DNA from: Candidatus Latescibacterota bacterium
GTDB taxonomy: Bacteria > Latescibacterota > UBA2968
Assembly (NCBI GenBank): GCA_965222605.1
Contig: OZ244960.1
Span: 2,304,001 to 2,368,000 of the forward strand
Direction of reading: 5' to 3'
Length of the DNA stretch: 64,000 nucleotides
Shown here: positions 30,035 through 39,162 of the stretch, piece by piece
Position numbering within the stretch: position 1 is the stretch's first letter
How the letters are laid out: each line of letters starts with the position of its first letter
Position numbers and translations under genes: made by a program
The notes under the pieces: model-generated
Seen by the model: only the letters and a program-made list of their open reading frames with translations
Told to the model about the DNA's origin: nothing
Database searches by the model: none

Positions 30035-31090
30035 TCAAAGAGCCTTCAAAACATTCTTCAGAATACACGCCTCCCTTTGAGAAAGATCATCCATCACCGT
30101 GATGATCTTATTGATACGCCCCACATCCCACACTCTCTTGACCTTCAATAACGCTCGTAACTTAAGCATCATCAGATGAATCTGATGCGCCTTCTGTTCA
30201 ACCTCCTTGTACGCCTGATGAAACTGGTCTGACGGACGCAAATACCCGTGCTCCTCCAGATAAGAAAGCCTGTTTAACATACAACACTTGTGCTCCCACA
30301 GCGTGAACAGATGCCGCCGATCCCACAACCGAGGATGGACAAACAAATGAGTAAAGTAATCCCTCAAGAGCTTATACGTCGCCATCCCAAAGACGCCTTC
30401 AACTGGCTTACGCAACATCCGGTAGTGGACAGACGGATTCTCAGAATGGACATAGGCTTGCAACTGGTCAATAACAGCGTCAATGTCAAATTCATAGACA
30501 CCGTCCTCGTTATACTCAAAAAGCTCCACCCGGTACGATCTGCGTTTCTCGGGATCAATCCAGCGAAATGCCTCTTCAAAATCTGAATACGCAACCCTTG
30601 AAACAGCGTAATTTCGTGCCCGATCAAATCCCAGAGTCTCAAGCGTTTCTGTATGATCATCGTATCCGAATACCAGAATAGCATGTGGATTATGTATTTT
30701 CTCATAAAATGGCGTATGCGGCAGGAAATACTCATCGGCGATCAACTGGACATAGAAGCCCTCATCAATTTGATCGCGAATAAACGGCACAATCTGGTGA
30801 TATACTTTAGCGATTGATCGCCTCGGAACGGTGTAGATAGACAGCCACGGTGGGGAGTATGCGCCCTGAAAATAGAAGTTGAATCGGATGTTATGTTTGC
30901 TCTCCTTTAACAGGTCAACGGCGAACAGTTGTATGTAATTGCAGAAGAACCAGGGAATATACGCATCGTGAAGTGACATAATCGAAAGCCGATAGGCATG
31001 GCGGGGATAGCCGTGTATGGGGGGGGATGGTTGGATGGGAAGCGATCTTTTCATACTACGCATCTCGTATGGGGCTGTCGCATTTTTCAA
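30035..31090 (-). CDS. BtrH-like protein (papain-like fold, putative carrier-protein-dependent acyltransferase)
   Basis: DEYFLP...HNPHAILVFGYD motif resembling BtrH N-terminal domain proteins; adjacent to an ACP gene. Confidence 0.55.
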   Translation of the reverse strand: MKNATAPYEMRSMKRSLPIQPSPPIHGYPRHAYRLSIMSLHDAYIPWFFCNYIQLFAVDLLKESKHNIRFNFYFQGAYSPPWLSIYTVPRRSIAKVYHQIVPFIRDQIDEGFYVQLIADEYFLPHTPFYEKIHNPHAILVFGYDDHTETLETLGFDRARNYAVSRVAYSDFEEAFRWIDPEKRRSYRVELFEYNEDGVYEFDIDAVIDQLQAYVHSENPSVHYRMLRKPVEGVFGMATYKLLRDYFTHLFVHPRLWDRRHLFTLWEHKCCMLNRLSYLEEHGYLRPSDQFHQAYKEVEQKAHQIHLMMLKLRALLKVKRVWDVGRINKIITVMDDLSQREACILKNVLKAL

Positions 31091-31094
31091 ATTT

Positions 31095-31364
31095 TCAGGT
31101 AGTCAAAACGCACTCACGCACAGACCGGATATAGTCTTCAATCGTCTGCACACTTTTAAAAACTTCGGCACTCAGGTCTTCATCAGAGATTTCAAAGCCA
31201 AATTCATCTTCTATGCCTACAACGAGTTCTACCATTGCCATTGAGTTGAGACCCATTTCTCCACCAAAAAGTATGTCTGAATCTCCTATTTCTTCAGGCT
31301 CAATTTCAAGATTTAATGCACGCACAATTGTCTGTTTTATCTGTCTTTTTAGATCATTATCCAT
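31095..31364 (-). CDS. Acyl/peptidyl carrier protein (89 aa)
   Basis: GGAGG RBS; GLNSMAMVELVVGIEDEFGFEISDEDL..F.SV..I; Ser present at the phosphopantetheine position. Confidence 0.85.
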   Translation of the reverse strand: MDNDLKRQIKQTIVRALNLEIEPEEIGDSDILFGGEMGLNSMAMVELVVGIEDEFGFEISDEDLSAEVFKSVQTIEDYIRSVRECVLTT

Positions 31365-33297
31365 ACACCCCTCCTGATTGCTCATCTGCAAAGTACCTGA
31401 TGATGACGTCAACCATCCTCTGCTGTCCCTCCTCTGAGACAATTTCTACGGCTGGAATCTCAAATTTATCCTCCAAATAGGCCAATTTTTCTTTAATTTC
31501 TTCTTTTGACATTTGACGCGGACTAATCAGTGTTCGACCATAAGCTGCTCGAATGTGTTTTTCTTTATCACTCATTGCCAGACATAACACGGAGCCTTTG
31601 GTAATTGCCTTGAGCGTGTTCATAGTATCGCGTATATACTCGCCGTCATCAACGCTGTTCACGACCAATATGTTGGCATCGGGTTTTGTACCCAGCATAA
31701 AAGCAAGCGTTGAAAGCGTATGATTTCCCGGCTCATGGATATCATAAGGGATACTCCCCGACTGTGCGCCGACAAGCATTAAATCTGGTTTCTTATTGGC
31801 ACAGACCTCGCGCATTTTGAAATCCAGATAGGGCGCATGAAACTGTATCGGAAATTGCAGTGGAGAGGCGTATCCCGTTGGAAATGCCACATCCATTCCA
31901 AATAACTGAGAATGGTGTTCGGTACCGATTTGCCCAACCTTGTATCCCTCTTTTGTCAGCTTTGACCTCAAAGCGAGTTGAACAGTAAACTTACCTTGTT
32001 GAGCACTCGTGCCAAAAACACCGATAACTGGCACATCAACGGCTGGATAATCGTGGAGCTGAAGTGCTTTAAGCAGGTCGTTTTGATGAATGTCGGGCGA
32101 ATAAATCCAGAGGTTCTTTTTACGTGCCTTTTCGATCAGATCTCTTAGATCCTTTTGGTATATGGACAAAAAGCTGAATACATTTAAGTTGGCATCAATG
32201 GCTTTCTCAATACTCTCGCGCAGGACATTCTTTTTGGTGATTCGACTCAGTTCATCTACATAACCCAGAATGAGCGTATCAGCCTCTTTCAATATCTCTT
32301 GAAATCGTGGCTGAATCCGTATGCCAACGGGCGGTATGCCTATCGCTTCACCAGCATCTTTCCCAACATAACCTTTGGCAATGGGATCAGCGATGCCCAC
32401 AATTTCAAAATTTAATAATTCCCTGAAACGCACCAGGCTATGTATTTCTTTGTTATAGGGATAAATAGCTGCTCTTTTGATATTGTTTGGATCAAAGGAT
32501 TGGGACGTTTGGGGAGTATGCACGCGAATCTTGCGACCTGATGGGATTTTTTCATGCACTTCTCGATTGGCATTCACTTCCAATATGTTTCTAATCCCAT
32601 TCAGATTGGCTTTGGGAAAGGCTTGTCTGATTAACGCGATAATGCCCGTGATGTGGGGCGCGGCAAAGCTACTGCCTTCAACAATATGCTCTCGCCCACC
32701 CGCCCAGAGAACGCGCTGAGTTGTCCCTGGTGCGATACATTCAATAGACTCTCCTGCACGAAACAGATAATTGTAACGCCCTTTTATATCCCCCGCTTTC
32801 ACACCGATCACATTGGAGAAATAGGCGGGAAAACTCTCCTGCCCTGAATTGTGTTCGGCAGCGACTATTGCGATACCCTTTTTCGTTGCTACCTGACATA
32901 TATCCAACAGAGCATGCTTGACTTGCGCGTCCGTCGTTCCAAGGCTCAGGTTAATGATATCGACGTTCTGATCAATTGCCCAGCGAATGGACTCAAGGAG
33001 AATTTTCTGTTCTACAATTAAAGATTGATCGAAGATTTTTATAGCGTATAGCTCTGTACCAGGAGCCTTCTTTTTTACAATACTCGCAACCGCCGTGCCA
33101 TGACCAGATGTGTCTCGATAGTCTTGAGATGTATGGACGCTGCCCACAGAAAGCTCAAAACAAATTCCTGCGGTCACATGTTGCAACATTGCATGCGAAC
33201 GATCAATCCCGCTATCAACGATTGCAACCTTGACACCCTCTCCGTTTAGATCATGGAAATTGCATTTGTATTTCATGGTTAGACCACTGTTGTCCAC
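31357..33297 (-). CDS. S8 subtilisin-like peptidase fused to a DUF1611/TIGR04066-like P-loop domain
   Basis: Triad VAIVDSG / GHGT / GSSFAAPH; C-terminal half PVIGVFGTSAQQGKFTVQLAL...GYKVGQIGTE...LFG. Confidence 0.8.
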   Translation of the reverse strand: MDNSGLTMKYKCNFHDLNGEGVKVAIVDSGIDRSHAMLQHVTAGICFELSVGSVHTSQDYRDTSGHGTAVASIVKKKAPGTELYAIKIFDQSLIVEQKILLESIRWAIDQNVDIINLSLGTTDAQVKHALLDICQVATKKGIAIVAAEHNSGQESFPAYFSNVIGVKAGDIKGRYNYLFRAGESIECIAPGTTQRVLWAGGREHIVEGSSFAAPHITGIIALIRQAFPKANLNGIRNILEVNANREVHEKIPSGRKIRVHTPQTSQSFDPNNIKRAAIYPYNKEIHSLVRFRELLNFEIVGIADPIAKGYVGKDAGEAIGIPPVGIRIQPRFQEILKEADTLILGYVDELSRITKKNVLRESIEKAIDANLNVFSFLSIYQKDLRDLIEKARKKNLWIYSPDIHQNDLLKALQLHDYPAVDVPVIGVFGTSAQQGKFTVQLALRSKLTKEGYKVGQIGTEHHSQLFGMDVAFPTGYASPLQFPIQFHAPYLDFKMREVCANKKPDLMLVGAQSGSIPYDIHEPGNHTLSTLAFMLGTKPDANILVVNSVDDGEYIRDTMNTLKAITKGSVLCLAMSDKEKHIRAAYGRTLISPRQMSKEEIKEKLAYLEDKFEIPAVEIVSEEGQQRMVDVIIRYFADEQSGGVYG

Positions 33298-33315
33298 ACG
33301 CCATCTTCGATATGC

Positions 33316-33636
33316 TCACTCTGCATCAGGCCGCTGACTTGGACCTTTCACCACAATCGGACTGATAAACATTTTTATTAAAATATCTAACAAAACATGG
33401 CCTGCTATAAGAAAATGCAATAGAGTTACTTCAATGCTAATCCATAAGTAGAGTAATAAGTAAAGTAATAAAAGAAATATGAGGATCGAAATACCGCGTT
33501 TCCAGTAATCAACGCTCCAAATCGTGCCACAATTTTTGCAGGGATACTTGATAAGACCGGCACGCAGTTTGCGCCACCACCCAACGGGATGTCCACACTT
33601 TGGGCAGGTATAAAGGTTTTTTATATTTATTGGCAT
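33316..33636 (-). CDS. Small CxxC-x18-CxxC zinc-ribbon protein with two TM helices
   Basis: CPKC...CKNC followed by two hydrophobic segments; paralog of 33655..33960. Confidence 0.8.
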   Translation of the reverse strand: MPINIKNLYTCPKCGHPVGWWRKLRAGLIKYPCKNCGTIWSVDYWKRGISILIFLLLLYLLLYLWISIEVTLLHFLIAGHVLLDILIKMFISPIVVKGPSQRPDAE

Positions 33637-33654
33637 ATATTTGGTTCCAAATGC

Positions 33655-33960
33655 TCACTCTGCATCACGCCGCTGTGGTTCCTGCTTCTCAACAACCGGA
33701 TCGACATATCCTGCAACGAACAATCCTGAAGCAAAGATTACCAAAAAGACCCAAAAATTCACATGAGGCTTAAGCCATAATGCGGTTGAAAAGGTAAATA
33801 TAGAAACTAAAATCAGGCGTCTCACAGAACCAAAACCCAAAGGCGTACCGCAATTCTTGCAGGGCCATATACTGAAGATGTTAGCACTCAACTTACGTCG
33901 CCATCCAACGGAATGGCCACATTTTGGACAGGTGTAAATGTTTTTGATGATTCTTGGCAT
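33655..33960 (-). CDS. Small CxxC-x19-CxxC zinc-ribbon protein with two TM helices
   Basis: GGAGG RBS; CPKC...WPCKNC; C-terminus QRRDAE versus QRPDAE in its neighbour. Confidence 0.8.
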   Translation of the reverse strand: MPRIIKNIYTCPKCGHSVGWRRKLSANIFSIWPCKNCGTPLGFGSVRRLILVSIFTFSTALWLKPHVNFWVFLVIFASGLFVAGYVDPVVEKQEPQRRDAE

Positions 33961-34064
33961 ATTTTAGGCCCTCCATCCTGGATGAGAGAATTTTGCAGGT
34001 ATTGCACTCATATATACAATAGTACAATACCCGCAACCATCAAGATACCTAAGTTTGGCGTTTC

Positions 34065-34460
34065 CTATTCACCATATGCTTGTACGATTGGGTCGTCGTA
34101 GTCAATGTCACTACTCCAATCTATAAATCCTTCCATAATAGCCTCACTTGCATCACTGGCCAACTCTCTTATGGCTTCTCCTGCTTGTGCCTCGGCAGCG
34201 GCCTGATCAAATGTAGTTTCAAGGACACCTTGCAAACCATCTACCATTTCATCATGGTAATAATGGTCAACGATAGGCATAGCTGAAGCCGCATAAGGCC
34301 CAACATAAGGAATTGTTGCTACTGTTGCTGTAGCACCCCAAAAAGTCCAAAAATATATTTCCTCCATATCCATCAACCCATCCATCTTTGTTTCACCCTC
34401 ATAAGCCTCTACGGGCATAATGGTCTCGTAATGCATCTTTCTTTTCACCAGCTTTTGCAT
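34065..34460 (-). CDS. Putative RiPP/bacteriocin precursor (131 aa) with CLI_3235-like leader
   Basis: GGAGG RBS before ATG 34460; leader MQKLVKRKMHYETIMPVEAY; acidic Cys-free remainder with a hydrophobic segment; lies among exporter and protease genes. Confidence 0.7.
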   Translation of the reverse strand: MQKLVKRKMHYETIMPVEAYEGETKMDGLMDMEEIYFWTFWGATATVATIPYVGPYAASAMPIVDHYYHDEMVDGLQGVLETTFDQAAAEAQAGEAIRELASDASEAIMEGFIDWSSDIDYDDPIVQAYGE

Positions 34461-34543
34461 GTGATCCTCCAATGGTATAAAAATTAGAAATCGATGAATG
34501 TTTCCATTCACCATGAACGAAGCACCGTGTAGTGATCTCTCAT

Positions 34544-34879
34544 TTACCCCCTTTCCTTGTCAAGAGGTGCTTTTCGACTATCAGCGTCAGAATTTTGGTC
34601 TGAAGATTGCACAATTTTAACGCGCAGCAATGAAAGAATGATAAAAACGCCAACTGGCAGAAGACAATAGACAGGAAAGCTCCAATCCTTGACCCAGAAT
34701 TCAAAAAATAACCAGAAAGCTACAAATACCGGTAGTAGCAAGAACGATCTTCTCAGATCATCTTTAAGCATGATGCCACATTTCTTACAGGGCCAGGTGA
34801 GACCAGGTTTCCAGGTCCACCATTTATACCCCTCCCACGGGCGGTTATATCCACAATTTGGGCACTTCGCTTTGAACAT
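34544..34879 (-). CDS. Small CxxC-x21-CxxC zinc-ribbon protein with two TM helices
   Basis: CPNC...KWWTWKP...WPCKKC; near-duplicate of 34913..35233. Confidence 0.8.
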   Translation of the reverse strand: MFKAKCPNCGYNRPWEGYKWWTWKPGLTWPCKKCGIMLKDDLRRSFLLLPVFVAFWLFFEFWVKDWSFPVYCLLPVGVFIILSLLRVKIVQSSDQNSDADSRKAPLDKERG

Positions 34880-34912
34880 ATTAAATCCTCGCTAAACGCT
34901 TTTGAAGCTTTG

Positions 34913-35233
34913 TTAAACGGCACTTTGGGGGTTATCAGCGTCAGAATTTTGGTCTGAAGATTGCACAATTTTAACGCGCTTCAATGAAAGAATGATAAAA
35001 ACACCAACCGGTAGGAGACAATAGACAAGAAGGCTCCAATCCTTGACCCAGAATTGAAAAAATAACAAGAAGGCCACATATATGAATAGCAGCAAGAACG
35101 ATCTTCTCAGATCATTTTTAAGCAGGATGCCACATTTCTTACAGGGCCAGGTGGAATTAGGTTTCCAGGTCCACCATTTATCTCTTTCCCAGGGGCTTTC
35201 ATATTCACAGTTTGGGCATTTTGCTTTAAGCAT
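34913..35233 (-). CDS. Small CxxC-x21-CxxC zinc-ribbon protein with two TM helices
   Basis: MLKAKCPNC...WPCKKC...VKIVQSSDQNSDAD; starts immediately after the ABC exporter stop. Confidence 0.8.
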   Translation of the reverse strand: MLKAKCPNCEYESPWERDKWWTWKPNSTWPCKKCGILLKNDLRRSFLLLFIYVAFLLFFQFWVKDWSLLVYCLLPVGVFIILSLKRVKIVQSSDQNSDADNPQSAV

Positions 35234-35234
35234 A

Positions 35235-36950
35235 TTAAATCCTCGCGGCTCGCTCCTGGAGCATAGAATAAACACCATCTTGCAGCATCAAAACTTCGTG
35301 GCTACCTTCTTCCGCAATTCTTCCCTGATCGATGACAACGATTTTGTCTGCACGCCGGATGGTTGACAGACGATGGGCAATGACGATCACCGTCCTTTGT
35401 TTGCAAATTTCTTTCATCGCTTCCTGAATATAAAACTCAGATTCGTTATCCAGTGCCGCAGTAGGTTCATCCAGGATCAAGATGGGCGTGTTCTGCAATA
35501 ACACCCGTGCAAGCGCGACCCTCTGCTTCTGACCCTCTGAAAGTTGCGCTCCCTGCTCACCGATGATCGTGTGATAACCACTGGGTAGCTTCGTGACAAA
35601 ATCGTGGATATAGGCTGCCCGGGTCGCGGCTTCGACATCGATCATGGATATAGGCTTTCCAAACGTCAGATTCTCCAAAATACTCCCCTGAAACAGCGCA
35701 CTACCTTGCATCACAAAGCCAATATTTTGGCGCAGAGAATTGAGACGATATTGCCTGATATCGACCCCATCAATCAAGACTTGACCATCCACTGGATCGT
35801 AGAACCTCGGGATGAGCTTCGCCAGAGTAGATTTGCCCGATCCGCTTCTTCCAACAATGGCGACGGTTTGATCGACACCGATCTCGAGATTGATCTCGTT
35901 CAACACCACCCTTTCGGGTTGATATGCAAAACTGACATCTCGAAACTCTATCCTTCCGTGGACCTCGTTGAGTTCAGCCAACTGCGGTTCATCGCGTATA
36001 TCAGGCGTGATATTATAGACTTCAAAAAAGCGGTCCGTATGAACCAGTGTAGATTCAATGCGCCGCAACAGACCAATAAGACTTTTAATAGGTCCATACA
36101 AATACCCCACATAGCCCGTAAAAGCCATATAACTCCCCAACGTCAAATTGTCAGATAGCACCTCGTGCCATCCGTAGAAACCGTAGGCAAGTGTTCCACC
36201 CGTCTTAACAATGGTGCTGACATATCCCGTTGTGCCCGAAAAAAGCGACACTTTCATTCTGAGATTTGCAACATTGATGAACAATCCCTGCAATTTCTGA
36301 AAAAATGAGGTCTCCAACCCCAAAGACTGTACTGTTCTAATCGAAGAGATTGACTCGTAATTTTTGGCCGATAACTCTGCTGAGCGTTCTGCAACTTCCC
36401 TCGTATATTTGCGGATAAACCGTCTCGAAATCAAAACCAAAAGCGTATCAAAGGGCAAGACCGTGAGGCTGATCAGGGCCAGTTTCCAATTGATAAAGAA
36501 CAGAATAGGCGGAAAGATCACGAGTTGGAGCGAATTGATAATCAGTGTGTTAATCAAACCAATAACACTGGCAATTGAACTCCGCATATCCCTGAACCGA
36601 GATAATATTTCACCCGTCTCTCGATTGTCAAAAAAACTGAAATCCAACGTTTGGATATGTTTGTAAAAACGCGCTTGAAAATCATACCCCATCCGGACGC
36701 CAACACACTGACCAAAATACCCACTGATAAATCTCATCCCGCCCACACCCAACGACATCAGCATGCCCAATAACAGAAGGAAATTCAACAGAGAGAAATC
36801 TTTGTGCGGATATACATCATCGATCATTATTTTTGTGAAATAAGGCCCTGGTATCTGAAACAGCATAAACAAAATGCCAACACAAAGCGACTGAATGATA
36901 TATCGCCAATAAGGTCGAAGCATCTTAACAATAGTGAATATTTGCGTCAA
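35235..36950 (-). CDS. ABC exporter (TMD+NBD) of peptide/type I secretion type, no N-terminal C39 domain
   Basis: FFDNRETGEILSRF, GRSGSGKST, LSEGQKQR, ILDEPT, IAHRLST. Confidence 0.93.
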   Translation of the reverse strand: MTQIFTIVKMLRPYWRYIIQSLCVGILFMLFQIPGPYFTKIMIDDVYPHKDFSLLNFLLLLGMLMSLGVGGMRFISGYFGQCVGVRMGYDFQARFYKHIQTLDFSFFDNRETGEILSRFRDMRSSIASVIGLINTLIINSLQLVIFPPILFFINWKLALISLTVLPFDTLLVLISRRFIRKYTREVAERSAELSAKNYESISSIRTVQSLGLETSFFQKLQGLFINVANLRMKVSLFSGTTGYVSTIVKTGGTLAYGFYGWHEVLSDNLTLGSYMAFTGYVGYLYGPIKSLIGLLRRIESTLVHTDRFFEVYNITPDIRDEPQLAELNEVHGRIEFRDVSFAYQPERVVLNEINLEIGVDQTVAIVGRSGSGKSTLAKLIPRFYDPVDGQVLIDGVDIRQYRLNSLRQNIGFVMQGSALFQGSILENLTFGKPISMIDVEAATRAAYIHDFVTKLPSGYHTIIGEQGAQLSEGQKQRVALARVLLQNTPILILDEPTAALDNESEFYIQEAMKEICKQRTVIVIAHRLSTIRRADKIVVIDQGRIAEEGSHEVLMLQDGVYSMLQERAARI

Positions 36951-36981
36951 GATTCCGAATCTCCAATTTGTCTGTCGTCAT

Positions 36982-38160
36982 TTAAAAAACCAAAGGATTT
37001 TGCTTATCAACGATGCCAAAAGCATCTTTTATCTTTTTCCACGCAATCTTCCATAAGAAATTTCTTTCAATAATGATCTTTGCATCTAACCTCATGCCAT
37101 AAGCCACGGGATAAATCTGATCGCCACTGCGAACAAAGGGATCATCGATCAATATCTTCACCGGGTATAATGTCAGAGCCGTTGCATTTGGGGGCAAAAC
37201 TTGATTCCGGCTGGGCAATTCACTAACGCTACCACTGAAAATTTTGTAACTCATATGTGGAAACGCATGGATGTACAACTTGACATCTTGACCCATTTCA
37301 ATTTTTGAAATATCCACCTCTTGCACAAAAACCCTTGCCTGCCATTCATTTAACTGCGCCAATTCCAATATCGGACTGCCAACTAAAACCCGATCTCCTT
37401 CGATTGTTTCAATATCTGAGGTCAGCACAATGCCCGAGATTGGGGAAATGATAACGGTTTTTCTTATCTGTTCCTGAATCCAATCGCGTTCTTGTTGGAA
37501 TTTGTCACCGACCAATTTCAAAGTTTGGATTTCTTTCTCTCTGACAACCAGAGCATCAAGCTCAATTTCCAGATAGGTCATGCGTTGCAGGATGCGATTG
37601 AGATTGTTTTCTTGAAGTTTTACAGGCAAAAGCGTCTCAAGAGGTCGTGTCCGTTCCTTTCTCTCTTTGAGATATTTTTGATACAATTGTTGCTCTCGTA
37701 AAATCTGTTCAAGCCGAAGACCACCCGCTTCGTGTTCAAGTCGCGTCTGATCAAGACTCGATTCTATTCTTTGCCTATCAAAAAATAATGTCTCTCTGAG
37801 TTCCTCTATCTGCTGTTGATTGATTGCGATCTCTTTTTCAATTTTCGCGGCCTCTTTTCTCCAATCTGAAGCATCGAGAACAAAAAGTGTATCCCCTTTT
37901 GCGACCTGCTGACCAGCGTGAATAAGCACCTTCTTTATCGTCCCTATGGTCTCTGATTTGACAAATTTTTTCTCAACGGGTTCAACGTGACCAGAAGCCT
38001 CAACACTGATTTCCATTTCGACATCCCAGCCTAAAATCACAATCCCTGCAATAAGCAGAATACTCGATGCTATAATAGACAGAATGAAGAATCTTATAAA
38101 CTCAAAGCCCCTTAGCTTGATCTCATGATCAGATTCAGGCTGTTTGGTGGCTAAAGCCAT
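36982..38160 (-). CDS. HlyD-family membrane fusion protein
   Basis: N-terminal TM helix, GQQVAKGDTLFVLD, long coiled coil, IISPISGIV, GMRLDAKII. Confidence 0.9.
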   Translation of the reverse strand: MALATKQPESDHEIKLRGFEFIRFFILSIIASSILLIAGIVILGWDVEMEISVEASGHVEPVEKKFVKSETIGTIKKVLIHAGQQVAKGDTLFVLDASDWRKEAAKIEKEIAINQQQIEELRETLFFDRQRIESSLDQTRLEHEAGGLRLEQILREQQLYQKYLKERKERTRPLETLLPVKLQENNLNRILQRMTYLEIELDALVVREKEIQTLKLVGDKFQQERDWIQEQIRKTVIISPISGIVLTSDIETIEGDRVLVGSPILELAQLNEWQARVFVQEVDISKIEMGQDVKLYIHAFPHMSYKIFSGSVSELPSRNQVLPPNATALTLYPVKILIDDPFVRSGDQIYPVAYGMRLDAKIIIERNFLWKIAWKKIKDAFGIVDKQNPLVF

Positions 38161-38253
38161 AATGGAGACGTAAGACAGGTAGCGATAATGGCTAAAACCG
38201 ATGGATTTCGACCGAGCAAATAAACATTCAACTCAAACATCCTTCCAAAACGT

Positions 38254-39090
38254 CTAAATTTCTCCGCGCATAAATTTTTTGCGGTACTGGGTAGGAGAAA
38301 TGCCATGTATCCTCTTGAAATCCTCACTGAAACGATTTGATCCACGAAACCCACACATGCGTGCAATTTCATACATAAACAGTGATGATCCCGTTAAAAA
38401 ATGCTCTGCCTGCGCTATTCTGACCTCCCTCAGTTTTTCACGGAAGGTCTTGTCAAAATATTTTCTAAACAGCGCGTGACCATGCGATAGCGAGAGATCA
38501 AAATGGCGCGTGAGATCTTCAAATTTCAGGTCTGGTTTTCTGTAACGCTCCTCCAAAAATGATTCCAATGCCTCTTGCGAAACCTTCTCTCGGCCGACGT
38601 TCAACGGCTGTTGAAAGGATTTGGGCAGTGAACGGGATGCTTCACGGACCCGCGACACATTGTATCCCACTTCATTCAGTAGAATACAGTTTTTGACCTC
38701 TGCCAAAAATTTGTCCTTCACAATCGGTTTATCCAGTACGCTCACAGCACCTGCTGTGAGTATTTCTTTCGTTACTTCCATGAGCAAAACGCTCCCCATC
38801 ATCAGAATATTTGTCTGAATTTTCTCTGCTGCAACGCGCTCCAAAAGTGCGACCCCATCAAGACCTGCTATATCTTTTTCAGCGATAGCGAGAGCAATCT
38901 TCTCTCGTCTCAAAATTTTAAGTCCTTCTTTTGCATTTTCCGCTGTACACACGTCATAAGGTTCATCGCTCAAGAATCCCACAAGGGTCGATAGAACGCG
39001 GGGGTCGGGATCTATAATCAGAATTTTCTGTTTGTTCAGATCAGGACGCGAATGATCGGCACGAGGAGGAACTGTCATATATTTTCGCAA
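38254..39090 (-). CDS. Atypical response regulator: receiver domain plus AraC-type HTH
   Basis: KILIIDPD...LAIAE (Glu at the usual phospho-Asp)...DKPI; C-terminal EIARMCGF...FSEDFKRIHGISPTQYRK. Confidence 0.85.
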   Translation of the reverse strand: MRKYMTVPPRADHSRPDLNKQKILIIDPDPRVLSTLVGFLSDEPYDVCTAENAKEGLKILRREKIALAIAEKDIAGLDGVALLERVAAEKIQTNILMMGSVLLMEVTKEILTAGAVSVLDKPIVKDKFLAEVKNCILLNEVGYNVSRVREASRSLPKSFQQPLNVGREKVSQEALESFLEERYRKPDLKFEDLTRHFDLSLSHGHALFRKYFDKTFREKLREVRIAQAEHFLTGSSLFMYEIARMCGFRGSNRFSEDFKRIHGISPTQYRKKFMRGEI

Positions 39091-39162
39091 ATGTATGTAT
39101 CCTTAAGTAAAAAAATAATTGATTTATGACAATACAGATTTTTCACTACTTAAACAGATATA

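Noticed and set aside
34008-34067. Possible readthrough of the precursor TAG into ETPNLGILMVAGIVLLYI*
   Set aside because: Only 18 codons in AT-rich DNA with no recoding signal; could be chance or a remnant
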